From assembly GCF_009914755.1 (NCBI RefSeq), contig NC_060948.1: DNA of 64,000 nt. One strand, 5' to 3'. Below, piece by piece: positions 11,009-25,203 of this stretch. Position 1 is the first letter of the stretch. Every line of letters starts with the position of its first letter. Source of the stretch: the human T2T-CHM13v2.0 reference genome, Homo sapiens. The position numbers were made by a program, and so were the translations under genes. Under the pieces are notes generated by a model. It made no database searches, was not told the origin of the DNA, and saw only the letters and a list, made by a program, of their open reading frames with translations.

Positions 11009-14000
11009 AGGCCTGGAATAAAGTGGAATGCTACGGTCTCGAATGGAATAAAAATGTATGGAATGGAATGCAATGAAACGGAATCGAATGTCATAAAATG
11101 TAATGGAATGCAAAAAAATGGAATCCAAAATCATTGACTGGAAAGGCTGGGTGTCGAAAGGAATTGACTCCAATGGAATGGAATCGAATGGAGTGGAAGT
11201 GAATAGAATCGAACTAAATCGAATGGAATGGAATTGATAGGAACGGAATGGAAAGGAATGCAATGATTTGGCACGGAATGGAATCGAATGGCATCGAATG
11301 GAATGGAATGGAATGCAATGGAATGGAACGTATTAGAATGTAATGAACTTTAATGGAATGTACTCGAATGGATTCGACTGGAATGGAATGTTCTGGAAGT
11401 GAATGGACTCCAATGGAATGGATTCAAAAGGAATGGAATCGTACGGAATGGAATCTAATGGAATGGAATTAAATGGAAATGAATCAAATTGAATAGCATG
11501 GAATTGAATTGAATGGAATCGAATGCAATGGAATCTAATGAAACGGAAAGGAAAGGAATGGAATGGAATGGAATGGGCTGGAATGGAAAGGAATCGAAAC
11601 GAATGGAATGGAATCGAACTGAAGAGACTGGAATGGAATGCACTGGAATGGAAGGGAGTGTAATGGAAGGTTCTCGAAAAAAATGGAATCGAATGGAATG
11701 GAATTGAATGGAACGGAATAGAGTCGAATGGAATTGAATGGAATGGAATGGACTAGAGTGAAATGGAATCGAACCACAAGGAATGGACAGGAATAGAATG
11801 GTCTCGAATTGAATGGAATCGTATGGAATGGCATCAAACGGAATGGAATGGACAGCCACGGAATGGAATGCACTCGAATGCAATGGAGTCGAAACTAATG
11901 GACTGGAATAGAATGGACTCGACTGGTACGGACTCCAATGGAATGGAATCGAATGGAAGGGAATCGAACGGAATGGACTCGAAGGGAAAAGACTGCAATG
12001 GAAAGGTCTCGAATGGAATGGAAATAAATGGAATGGAATGGAATCGAATGAAATGGAGTCAAAAGGAATGGAATCGAATGGCAAGAAATCGAATGTAATG
12101 GAATCGCAAGGAATTGATGTGAACGGAACGGAATGGAATGGAATCCAAAGGAATGGAATAGAATGGAATGGAATCGAATGGAAAGGACTCGAATGGAAAT
12201 CACTCGAATAGAATGCAATTTAATAAAATAGGACCAAATGTAATGGAATGGAATGGAAAGGAATCGAAACGGAAGGAATGGAGACAGATGGAATGGAATG
12301 GAACAGAGAGCAATGGTATAGAATGGAATGGAATCATCTGGAATGGAATGGAATGGAATGGAATGAAATGCCCTTGAATTAAATGGACTGGAATGGAATG
12401 GACTCGAACAGAGTGGAATGGAAAGTGTTGAGATAGAATGGAATGGACTCTTTTGGAATGGTCTAGTATGCAATGCAATCGACTGGCAGGGAATCAAAAG
12501 GAATGTAATCGAATGGATTGGACTGGAATGCAATGGACTCGAATAGATTGCAAACGGAATGCAAAGGAATGGAATGGAATAGTATGGAATGGAATGGAAA
12601 GGAATGGAGTGGAATAGACTAGAGTGGAATGGATTGGACTGGAAAGAAATGGACTGGAATGGAACTTTCTTGAATGGACTGGAATCAAACGGAATGGAAT
12701 GCAATGCAATCAAATGGAATGGAATAAAATAGAATGAAAGAGAATCAAATGGAATTGAATCGAATGGAATCGAATGGATTGGAAAGGAATAGAATGGAAT
12801 GGAATGGAATTGACTCAAATGGAATGGACTAGAATGGAATGGATTCGAATGGAAGGCAAAGGAATGGAATCTATTGGAATGGACTGTAATGGAATGGAAT
12901 GGAAGGGATTGGAATGGACTCGAATGGAATGGACTGCAATAGAAAGGATTCGAATGGAATGAAAAAGAATTGAATGGAATAGAACAGAATGGAATCAAAT
13001 CGAATGAAATGGAATGGAATAGAAAGGAATGGAATGAAATGGAATGGAAAGGATTCGAATGGAATGCAATCGAATGGAATGGAATCGAACGGAATGGAAT
13101 AAAATGGAAGAAAACTGGCAAGAAATGGAATCGAAATGAATGGAGTGTTATGGAACGGACTCGAAAGGAATTGAATGTAATAGAATGGAGTGGAGTGGAC
13201 TCGAATATAATGGACTGGAATGGAATGAAATCACATGGAATGGGAACGAATGGAATGGAATGGAAAGGAATGGAATCGAATGGAAAGGAATCGAATGGAA
13301 GGGAATGCAATTGAATCAACAGGAATGGAAGGGAATAGAATAGACGGTAATGGAATGGACTCGAATAGAATGGACACGAATGCTCAAATTGAATGGACTC
13401 GAATGGAATGGAAACGAAAGGAATGTCATCGAATGGAATTGAATGGATTGGAATGAAATCGCATAGAATGGAGTGGAATCAAATGGAATTGAATCGAAAG
13501 GAAAGGAAGCGAATGGACTGAAATGAAATGGAATGGAATTGAATGGAAAGTAATGCAATGGAATAGAATGGAACGAAATTTCACGGAATGGAATCAAACT
13601 GAATGGAATCAAATCAATGGAATCAAATCAAATGGAATGGAAAGGAATTGAATGGAGTAGATTGGATTGGATGGGATTGGAATGAAATGTACTGGAAAGG
13701 ACTCGAATTTCATGAAACGGAATGGAATGAATTAGAACGGAATGGACTCGAATGGAATGGAATGTCATGGAATGGCATCAAATGGAATGGCATCAAATGG
13801 AATGGAATAGAATGCAATGGAATGCTAAGGAATGGAATGGAATGCATTGGAATGGAATGTCCTCTAATGGAATGGATTCGAGTGGAATGGAATGGAATAT
13901 AATGGAGTCGAATGAAATGGAATTGGAAGGAATGGGATCGAATACAATGGAATATACTGGAATGTAATGTAATGAACTCGAATGTAATTGACTGGAATGG

Positions 14001-14537
14001 AATGTACATGAATGGAATGTAATCGAATGGAAAGTAATCCAATGGAATAGAATCTAATGCAATAAAATCGACTCAGATAGAGTAGAATGTAATGGAATGG
14101 AGTGCAGTGCAATGGAATGGAATGCAATGGAATGCAATGGAATGGAATGGAATGGAATGGAATGGAATGGAATGGGATGGAATGGTATGGAATGGATAGT
14201 AATGGACTGGAGTGAAATGGACTGGAAAGGAATGGACTCAAATTGAAAGGGCTCGAAAGGAATAGAGACAAATGGAATGGTCTGGAATGGAATGAACACG
14301 AATGTAATGCAATCCAATAGAATGGAATCGAATGGCATGGAATATAAAGAAATGTAATCGAAGAGAATGGAAACAAATGGAATGGAATTGAATGGAATGG
14401 AATTGAATGGAATGGGAACGAATGGAGTGAAATTGTATGCAGTAGAAGAGAATAGAATGGAATGCAAGTGAAAGGAAAGGAATGGATTAGAATGGAATGG
14501 AATTCATTGGAATGGAAGGGAATGTAGTGTAATGGAC
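11009..14537 (+). repeat. DYZ1 unit U4, 3,529 bp, A/B chimera
   Basis: A-type 30-bp deletion and 5' variants; B-type tail (gaattagaac, gctaagg, agagacaaat). Confidence 0.88.
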
Positions 14538-17500
14538 AGGCCTGGAATAAAGTGGAATGCTACGGTCTCGAATGGAATAAAAATGTATGGAATGGAATGC
14601 AATGAAACGGAATCGAATGTCATAGAATGTAATGGAATGCAAAAAAATGGAATCCAAAATCATTGACTGGAAAGGCTGGGTGTCGAAAGGAATTGACTCC
14701 AATGGAATGGAATCGAATGGAATGGAAGTGAATAGAATCGAACTAAATCGAATGGAATGGAATTGATAGGAACGGAATGGAAAGGAATGCAATGATTTGG
14801 CATGGAATGGAATCGAATGGCATCGAATGGAATGGAATGGAATGCAATGGAATGGAATGTATTAGAATGTAATGAACTTTAATGGAATGTACTCGAATGG
14901 ATTCGACTGGAATGGAATGTTCTGGAAGTGAATGGACTCCAATGGAATGGATTCAAAAGGAATGGAATCGTACGGAATGGAATCCAATGGGATGGAATTA
15001 AATGGAAATGAATCAAATTGAATAGCATGGAATTGAATTGAATGGAATGGAATGCAATGGAATCTAATGAAACGGAAAGGAAAGGAATGGAATGGAATGG
15101 AATGGGCTGGAATGGAAAGGAATCGAAACGAATGGAATGGAATCGAACTGAAGAGACTGGAATGGAATGCACTGGAATGGAAGGGAGTGTAATGGAAGGT
15201 TCTCGAAAAAAATGGAATCGAATGGAATGGAATTGAATGGAACGGAATAGAGTCGAATGGAATTGAATGGAATGGAATGGACTAGAGTGAAATGGAATCG
15301 AACCACAAGGAATGGACAGGAATAGAATGGTCTCGAATTGAATGGGATCGTATGGAATGGCATCAAACGGAATGGAATGGACAGCCACGGAATGGAATGC
15401 ACTCGAATGCAATGGAGTCGAAACTAATGGACTGGAATAGAATGGACTCGACTGGTACGGACTCCAATGGAATGGAATCGAATGGAAGGGAATCGAACGG
15501 AATGGACTCGAAGGGAAAAGACTGCAATGGAAAGGTCTCGAATGGAATGGAAATTAATGGAATGGAATGGAATCGAATGAAATGGAGTCAAAAGGAATGG
15601 AATCGAATGGCAAGAAATCGAATGTAATGGAATCGCAAGGAATTGATGTGAACGGAACGGAATGGAATGGAATCCAAAGGAATGGAATAGAATGGAATGG
15701 AATCGAATGGAAAGGACTCGAATGGAAATCACTGGAATAGAATGCAATTTAATAAAATAGGATCAAATGTAATGGAATGGAATGGAAAGGAATCGAAATG
15801 AAAGGAATGGAGACAGATGGAATGGAATGGAACAGAGAGCAATGGTATAGAATGGAATGGAATCATCTGGAATGGAATTGAATGGAATGGAATAATATGA
15901 AATGGAATGGAATGGAATGGAATGGAATGCCCTTGAATTAAATGGACTGGACTCGAACAGAGTGGAATGGAAAGTGTTGAGATAGAATGGAATGGACTCC
16001 TTTGGAATGGTGTAGTATGCAATGCAATCGACTGGCATGGAATCAAAAGGAATGTAATGGAATGGATTGGACTGGAATGCAATGGACTCGAATAGATTGC
16101 AAACGGAATGCAAAGGAATGGAATGGAATAGTATGGAATGGAATGGAAAGGAATGGAGTGGAATAGACTAGAGTGGAATGGAATGGACTGGAAAGCAATG
16201 GACTGGAATGGAACTTTCTTGAATGGACTGGAATCAAACGGAATGGAATGCAATGCAATCAAATGGCATGGAATAAAATAGAATGAAAGAGAATCAAATG
16301 GAATTGAATCGAATGGAATCGAATGGATTGGAAAGGAATAGAATGGAATGGAATGGAATTGACTCAAATGGAATGGACTAGAATGGAATGGATTCGAATG
16401 GAAGGCAAAGGAATGGAATCTATTGGAATGGACTGTAATGGAATGGAATGGAAGGGATTGGAATGGACTCGAATGGAATGGACTGCAATAGAAAGGATTC
16501 GAATGGAATGAAAAAGAATTGAATGGAATAGAACAGAATGGAATCAAATCGAATGAAATGGAATGGAATAGAAAGGAATGGAATGAAATGGAATGGAAAG
16601 GATTCGAATGGAATGCAATCGAATGGAATGGAATCGAACGGAATGGAATAAAATGGAAGAAAACAGGCAAGAAATGGAATCGAAAGGAATGGAGTGTTAT
16701 GGAACGGACTCAAAAGGAATTGAATGTAATAGAATGGAGTGGAGTGGACTCGAATATAATGGACTGGAATGGAATGAAATCACATGGAATGGGAACGAAT
16801 GGAATGGAATGGAAAGGAATGGAATCGAATGGAAAGGAATCGAATGGAAGGGAATGAAATTGAATCAACAGGAATGGAAGGGAATAGAATAGACGGTAAT
16901 GGAATGGACTCGAATAGAATGGACACGAATGCTCAAATTGAATGGACTCGAATGGAATGGAAACGAAAGGAATGTCATCGAATGGAATTGAATGGATTGG
17001 AATGAAATCGCATAGAATGGAGTGGAATCAAATGGAATTGAATCGAAAGGAAAGGAAGCGAATGGACTGAAATGAAATGGAATGGAATTGAATGGAAAGT
17101 AATGCAATGGAATAGAATGGAACGAAATTTCACGGAATGGAATCAAACTGAATGGAATCAAATCAATGGAATCAAATCAAATGGAATGGAAAGGAATTGA
17201 ATGGAGTAGATTGGATTGGATGGGATTGGAATGAAATGTACTGGAAAGGACTCGAATTTCATGAAACGGAATGGAATGAATTGGAACGGAATGGACTCGA
17301 ATGGAATGGAATGTCATGGAATGGCATCAAATGGAATGGCATCAAATGGAATGGAATCGAATGCAATGGAATGCTATGGAATGGAATGGAATGCATTGGA
17401 ATGGAATGTCCTCTAATGGAATGGATTCGAGTGGAATGGAATCGAATATAATGGAGTCGAATGAAATGGAATTGAAAGGAATGGGATCGAATACAATGGA

Positions 17501-18081
17501 ATATACTGGAATGTAATGTAATGAACTCGAATGTAATTGACTGGAATGGAATGTACATGAATGGAATGTAATCGAATGGAAAGTAATCCAATGGAATAGA
17601 ATCTAATGCAATAAAATCGACTCAGATAGAGTAGAATGTAATGGAATGGAGTGCAGTGCAATGCAATGGAATGGAATGGAATGCAATGGAATGGAATGGA
17701 ATGGAATGGAATGGAATGGGATGGAATGGTATGGAATGGATAGTAGTGGACTGGAGTGAAATGGACTGGAAAGGAATGGACTCAAATTGAAAGGGCTCGA
17801 AAGGAATGGAGTCAAATGGAATGGTCTGGAATGGAATGAACACGAATGTAATGCAATCCAATAGAATGGAATCGAATGGCATGGAATATAAAGAAATGGA
17901 ATCGAAGAGAATGGAAACAAATGGAATGGAATTGAATGGAATGGAATTGAATGGAATGGGAACGAATGGAGTGAAATTGTATGCAGTAGAAGGGAATAGA
18001 ATGGAATGCAAGCGAAAGGAAAGGAATGGATTGGAATGGAATGGAATTCATTGGAATGGAAGGGAATGTAGTGTAATGGAC
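14538..18081 (+). repeat. DYZ1 unit U5, 3,544 bp, C-type
   Basis: Near-identical to U3 at an offset of 7,073 bp. Confidence 0.9.
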
Positions 18082-21000
18082 AGGCCTGGAATAAAGTGGA
18101 ATGCTACGGTCTCGAATGGAATAAAAATGTATGGAATGGAATGCAATGAAACGGAATCGAATGTCATAAAATGTAATGGAATGCAAAAAAATGGAATCCA
18201 AAATCATTGACTGGAAAGGCTGGGTGTCGAAAGGAATTGACTCCAATGGAATGGAATCGAATGGAGTGGAAGTGAATAGAATCGAACTAAATCGAATGGA
18301 ATGGAATTGATAGGAACGGAATGGAAAGGAATGCAATGATTTGGCACGGAATGGAATCGAATGGCATCGAATGGAATGGAATGGAATGCAATGGAATGGA
18401 ACGTATTAGAATGTAATGAACTTTAATGGAATGTACTCGAATGGATTCGACTGGAATGGAATGTTCTGGAAGTGAATGGACTCCAATGGAATGGATTCAA
18501 AAGGAATGGAATCGTACGGAATGGAATCTAATGGAATGGAATTAAATGGAAATGAATCAAATTGAATAGCATGGAATTGAATTGAATGGAATCGAATGCA
18601 ATGGAATCTAATGAAACGGAAAGGAAAGGAATGGAATGGAATGGAATGGGCTGGAATGGAAAGGAATCGAAACGAATGGAATGGAATCGAACTGAAGAGA
18701 CTGGAATGGAATGCACTGGAATGGAAGGGAGTGTAATGGAAGGTTCTCGAAAAAAATGGAATCGAATGGAATGGAATTGAATGGAACGGAATAGAGTCGA
18801 ATGGAATTGAATGGAATGGAATGGACTAGAGTGAAATGGAATCGAACCACAAGGAATGGACAGGAATAGAATGGTCTCGAATTGAATGGAATCGTATGGA
18901 ATGGCATCAAACGGAATGGAATGGACAGCCACGGAATGGAATGCACTCGAATGCAATGGAGTCGAAACTAATGGACTGGAATAGAATGGACTCGACTGGT
19001 ACGGACTCCAATGGAATGGAATCGAATGGAAGGGAATCGAACGGAATGGACTCGAAGGGAAAAGACTGCAATGGAAAGGTCTCGAATGGAATGGAAATAA
19101 ATGGAATGGAATGGAATCGAATGAAATGGAGTCAAAAGGAATGGAATCGAATGGCAAGAAATCGAATGTAATGGAATCGCAAGGAATTGATGTGAACGGA
19201 ACGGAATGGAATGGAATCCAAAGGAATGGAATAGAATGGAATGGAATCGAATGGAAAGGACTCGAATGGAAATCACTCGAATAGAATGCAATTTAATAAA
19301 ATAGGACCAAATGTAATGGAATGGAATGGAAAGGAATCGAAACGGAAGGAATGGAGACAGATGGAATGGAATGGAACAGAGAGCAATGGTATAGAATGGA
19401 ATGGAATCATCTGGAATGGAATGGAATGGAATGGAATGAAATGCCCTTGAATTAAATGGACTGGAATGGAATGGACTCGAACAGAGTGGAATGGAAAGTG
19501 TTGAGATAGAATGGAATGGACTCTTTTGGAATGGTCTAGTATGCAATGCAATCGACTGGCAGGGAATCAAAAGGAATGTAATCGAATGGATTGGACTGGA
19601 ATGCAATGGACTCGAATAGATTGCAAACGGAATGCAAAGGAATGGAATGGAATAGTATGGAATGGAATGGAAAGGAATGGAGTGGAATAGACTAGAGTGG
19701 AATGGATTGGACTGGAAAGAAATGGACTGGAATGGAACTTTCTTGAATGGACTGGAATCAAACGGAATGGAATGCAATGCAATCAAATGGAATGGAATAA
19801 AATAGAATGAAAGAGAATCAAATGGAATTGAATCGAATGGAATCGAATGGATTGGAAAGGAATAGAATGGAATGGAATGGAATTGACTCAAATGGAATGG
19901 ACTAGAATGGAATGGATTCGAATGGAAGGCAAAGGAATGGAATCTATTGGAATGGACTGTAATGGAATGGAATGGAAGGGATTGGAATGGACTCGAATGG
20001 AATGGACTGCAATAGAAAGGATTCGAATGGAATGAAAAAGAATTGAATGGAATAGAACAGAATGGAATCAAATCGAATGAAATGGAATGGAATAGAAAGG
20101 AATGGAATGAAATGGAATGGAAAGGATTCGAATGGAATGCAATCGAATGGAATGGAATCGAACGGAATGGAATAAAATGGAAGAAAACTGGCAAGAAATG
20201 GAATCGAAATGAATGGAGTGTTATGGAACGGACTCGAAAGGAATTGAATGTAATAGAATGGAGTGGAGTGGACTCGAATATAATGGACTGGAATGGAATG
20301 AAATCACATGGAATGGGAACGAATGGAATGGAATGGAAAGGAATGGAATCGAATGGAAAGGAATCGAATGGAAGGGAATGCAATTGAATCAACAGGAATG
20401 GAAGGGAATAGAATAGACGGTAATGGAATGGACTCGAATAGAATGGACACGAATGCTCAAATTGAATGGACTCGAATGGAATGGAAACGAAAGGAATGTC
20501 ATCGAATGGAATTGAATGGATTGGAATGAAATCGCATAGAATGGAGTGGAATCAAATGGAATTGAATCGAAAGGAAAGGAAGCGAATGGACTGAAATGAA
20601 ATGGAATGGAATTGAATGGAAAGTAATGCAATGGAATAGAATGGAACGAAATTTCACGGAATGGAATCAAACTGAATGGAATCAAATCAATGGAATCAAA
20701 TCAAATGGAATGGAAAGGAATTGAATGGAGTAGATTGGATTGGATGGGATTGGAATGAAATGTACTGGAAAGGACTCGAATTTCATGAAACGGAATGGAA
20801 TGAATTAGAACGGAATGGACTCGAATGGAATGGAATGTCATGGAATGGCATCAAATGGAATGGCATCAAATGGAATGGAATAGAATGCAATGGAATGCTA
20901 AGGAATGGAATGGAATGCATTGGAATGGAATGTCCTCTAATGGAATGGATTCGAGTGGAATGGAATGGAATATAATGGAGTCGAATGAAATGGAATTGGA

Positions 21001-21610
21001 AGGAATGGGATCGAATACAATGGAATATACTGGAATGTAATGTAATGAACTCGAATGTAATTGACTGGAATGGAATGTACATGAATGGAATGTAATCGAA
21101 TGGAAAGTAATCCAATGGAATAGAATCTAATGCAATAAAATCGACTCAGATAGAGTAGAATGTAATGGAATGGAGTGCAGTGCAATGGAATGGAATGCAA
21201 TGGAATGCAATGGAATGGAATGGAATGGAATGGAATGGAATGGAATGGGATGGAATGGTATGGAATGGATAGTAATGGACTGGAGTGAAATGGACTGGAA
21301 AGGAATGGACTCAAATTGAAAGGGCTCGAAAGGAATGGAGTCAAATGGAATGGTCTGGAATAGAATGAACACGAATGTAATGCAATCCAATAGAATGGAA
21401 TCGAATGGCATGGAATATAAAGAAATGGAATCGAAGAGAATGGAAACAAATGGAATGGAATTGAATGGAATGGAATTGAATGGAATGGGAACGAATGGAG
21501 TGAAATTGTATGCAGTAGAAGGGAATAGAATGGAAAGCAAGCGAAAGGAAAGGAATGGATTGGAATGGAATGGAATTCATTGGAATGGAAGGGAATGTAG
21601 TGTAATGGAC
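18082..21610 (+). repeat. DYZ1 unit U6, 3,529 bp, A/B chimera with A-type end
   Basis: Near-identical to U4 until ~21250, then U1-tail variants (ctggaatagaatgaac, ggaaagcaagcg). Confidence 0.88.
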
Positions 21611-24600
21611 AGGCCTGGAATAAAGTGGAATGCTACGGTCTCGAATGGAATAAAAATGTATGGAATGGAATGCAATGAAACGGAATCGAATGTCATAGAA
21701 TGTAATGGAATGCAAAAAAATGGAATCCAAAATCATTAACTGGAAAGGCTGGGTGTCGAAAGGAATTGACTCCAATGGAATGGAATCGAATGGAATGGAA
21801 GTGAATAGAATCGAACTAAATCGAATGGAATGGAATTGATAGGAACGGAATGGAAAGGAATGCAATGATTTGGCATGGAATGGAATCGAATGGCATCGAA
21901 TGGAATGGAATGGAATGCAATGGAATGGAATGTATTAGAATATAATGAACTTTAATGGAATGTACTCGAATGGATTCGACTGGAATGGAATGTTCCGGAA
22001 GTGAATGGACTCCAATGGAATGGATTCAAAAGGAATGCAATCGTACGGAATGGAATCTAATGGAATGGAATTAAATGGAAATGAATCAAATTGAATAGCA
22101 CGGAATTGAATTGAATGGAATGGAATGCAATGGAATCTAATGAAACGGAAAGGAAAGGAATGGAATGGAATGGAATGGGCTGGAATGGAAAGGAATCGAA
22201 ACGAATGGAATGGAATCGAACTGAAGAGACTGGAATGGAATGCACTGGAATGGAAGGGAGTGTAATGGAAGGTTCTCGAAAAAAATGGAATCGAATGGAA
22301 TGGAATTGAATGGAACGGAATAGAGTCGAATGGAATTGAATGGAATGGAATGGACTAGAGTGAAATGAATCGAACCACAAGGAATGGACAGGAATAGAAT
22401 GGTCTCGAATTGAATGGAATCGTATGGAATGGCATCAAACGGAATGGAATGGACAGCCACGGAATGGAATGCACTCGAATGCAATGGAGTCGAAACTAAT
22501 GGACTGGAGTAGAATGGACTCGACTGGTACGGACTCCAATGGAATGGAATCGAATGGAAGGGAATCGAACGGAATGGACTCGAAGGGAAAAGACTGCAAT
22601 GGAAAGGTCTCGAATGGAATGGAAATTAATGGAATGGAATGGAATCGACTGAAATGGAGTCAAAAGGAATGGAATCGAATGGCAAGAAATCGAATGTAAT
22701 GGAATCGCAAGGAATTGATGTGAACGGAACGGAATGGAATGGAATCCAAAGGAATGGAATAGAATGGAATGGAATCGAATGGAAAGGACTCGAATGGAAA
22801 TCACTCGAATAGAATGCAATTTAATAAAATAGGATCAAATGTAATGGAATGGAATGGAAAGGAATCGAAACGAAAGGAATGGAGACAGATGGAATGGAAT
22901 GGAACAGAGAGCAATGGTATAGAATGGAATGGAATCATCTGGAATGGAATTGAATGGAATGGAATAATATGAAATGGAATGGAATGGAATGGAATGGAAT
23001 GCCCTTGAATTAAATGGACTAGAATGGAATGGACTCGAACAGAGTGGAATGGAAAGTGTTGAGATAGAATGGAATGGACTCCTTTGGAATGGTGTAGTAT
23101 GCAATGCAATCGACTGGCAGGGAATCAAAAGGAATGTAATGGAATGGATTGGACTGGAATGCAATGGACTCGAATAGATTGGAAACGGAATGCAAAGGAA
23201 TGGAATGGAATAGTATGGAATGGAATGGAAAGGAATGGAGTGGAATAGACTAGAGTGGAATGGAATGGACTGGAAAGCAATGGACTGGAATGGAACTTTC
23301 TTGAATGGACTGGAATCAAACGGAATGGAATGCAATGCAATCAAATGGCATGGAATAAAATAGAATGAAAGAGAATCAAATGGAATTGAATCGAATGGAA
23401 TCGAATGGATTGGAAAGGAATAGAATGGAATGGAATGGAATTGACTCAAATGGAATGGACTAGAATGGAATGGATTCGAATGGAAGGCAAAGGAATGGAA
23501 TCTATTGGAATGGACTGTAATGGAATGGAATGGAAGGGATTGGAATGGATTCGAATGGAATGGACTGCAATAGAAAGGATTCGAATGGAATGAAAAAGAA
23601 TTGAATGGAATAGAACAGAATGGAATCAAATCGAATGAAATGGAATGGAATAGAAAGGAATGGAATGAAATGGAATGGAAAGGATTCGAATGGAATGCAA
23701 TCGAATGGAATGGAATCGAACGGAATGGAATAAAATGGAAGAAAACAGGCAAGAAATGGAATCGAAAGGAATGGAGTGTTATGGAACGGACTCAAAAGGA
23801 ATTGAATGTAATAGAATGGAGTGGAGTGGACTCGAATATAATGGACTGGAATGGAATGAAATCACATGGAATGGGAACGAATGGAATGGAATGGAAAGGA
23901 ATGGAATCGAATGGAAAGGAATCGAATGGAAAGGAATCGAATGGAAGGGAATGAAATTGAATCAACAGGAATGGAAGGGAATAGAATAGACGGTAATGGA
24001 ATGGACTCGAATAGAATGGACACGAATGCTCAAATTGAATGGACTCGAATGGAATGGAAACGAAAGGAATGTCATCGAATGGAATTGAATGGATTGGAAT
24101 GAAATCGCGTAGAATGGAGTGGAATCAAATGGAATTGAATCGAAAGGAAAGGAAGCGAATGGACTGAAATGAAATGGAATGGAATTGAATGGAAAGTAAT
24201 GCAATGGAATAGAATGGAACGAAATTTCACGGAATGGAATCAAACTGAATGGAATCAAATCAATGGAATCTAATCAAATGGAATGGAAAGGAATTGAATG
24301 GAGTAGATTGGATTGGATGGGATTGGAATGAAATGTACTGGAAAGGACTCGAATTTCATGAAACGGAATGGAATGAATTGGAACGGAATGGACTCGAATG
24401 GAATGGAATGTCATGGAATGGCATCAAATGGAATGGCATCAAATGGAATGGAATCGAATGCAATGGAATGCTATGGAATGGAATGGAATGCATTGGAATG
24501 GAATGTCCTCTAATGGAATGGATTCGAGTGGAATGGAATCGAATATAATGGAGTCGAATGAAATGGAATTGAAAGGAATGGGATCGAATACAATGGAATA

Positions 24601-25203
24601 TACTGGAAAGTAATGTAATGAACTCGAATGTAATTGACTGGAATGGAATGTACATGAATGGAATGTAATCGAATGGAAAGTAATCCAATGGAATAGAATC
24701 TAATGCAATAAAATCGACTCAGATAGAGTAGAATGTAATGGAATGGAGTGCAGTGCAATGCAATGGAATGGAATGGAATGCAATGGAATGGAATGGAATG
24801 GAATGGAATGGAATGGAATGGAATGGGATGGAATGGTATGGAATGGATAGTAGTGGACTGGAGTGAAATGGACTGGAAAGGAATGGACTCAAATTGAAAG
24901 GGCTCGAAAGGAATGGAGTCAAATGGAATGGTCTGGAATGGAATGAACACGAATGTAATGCAATCCAATAGAATGGAATCAAATGGCATGGAATATAAAG
25001 AAATGGAATCGAAGAGAATGGAAACAAATGGAATGGAATTGAATGGAATGGAATTGAATGGAATGGAATTGAATGGAATGGGAACGAATGGAGTGAAATT
25101 GTATGCAGTAGAAGGGAATAGAATGGAATGCAAGCGAAAGGAAAGGAATGGATTGGAATGGAATGGAATTCATTGGAATGGAAGGGAATGTAGTGTAATG
25201 GAC
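21611..25203 (+). repeat. DYZ1 unit U7, 3,593 bp, B/C chimera (longest unit)
   Basis: B-type 1-bp deletion at ~22367; two 15-bp duplications (23913-23942 and 25030-25074); C-type tail. Confidence 0.88.

Noticed and set aside
11895-13319. Long minus-strand ORFs (474 aa here and at 18968-20392; 305-408 aa elsewhere) rich in IPFHS
   Set aside because: (ATTCC)n contains no stop codon in any frame and translates to IPFHS repeats. The ORFs overlap in several frames, have no recognisable domain, and are broken differently in each unit by 5-bp indels.
24266-24276. GAATCTAATCA variant (U7, U9-11, U13, U14, U16) resembling the DUX4 motif TAATCTAATCA
   Set aside because: It mismatches the first TAAT core and is one substitution from the ordinary gaatcaaatca; too weak without binding data.
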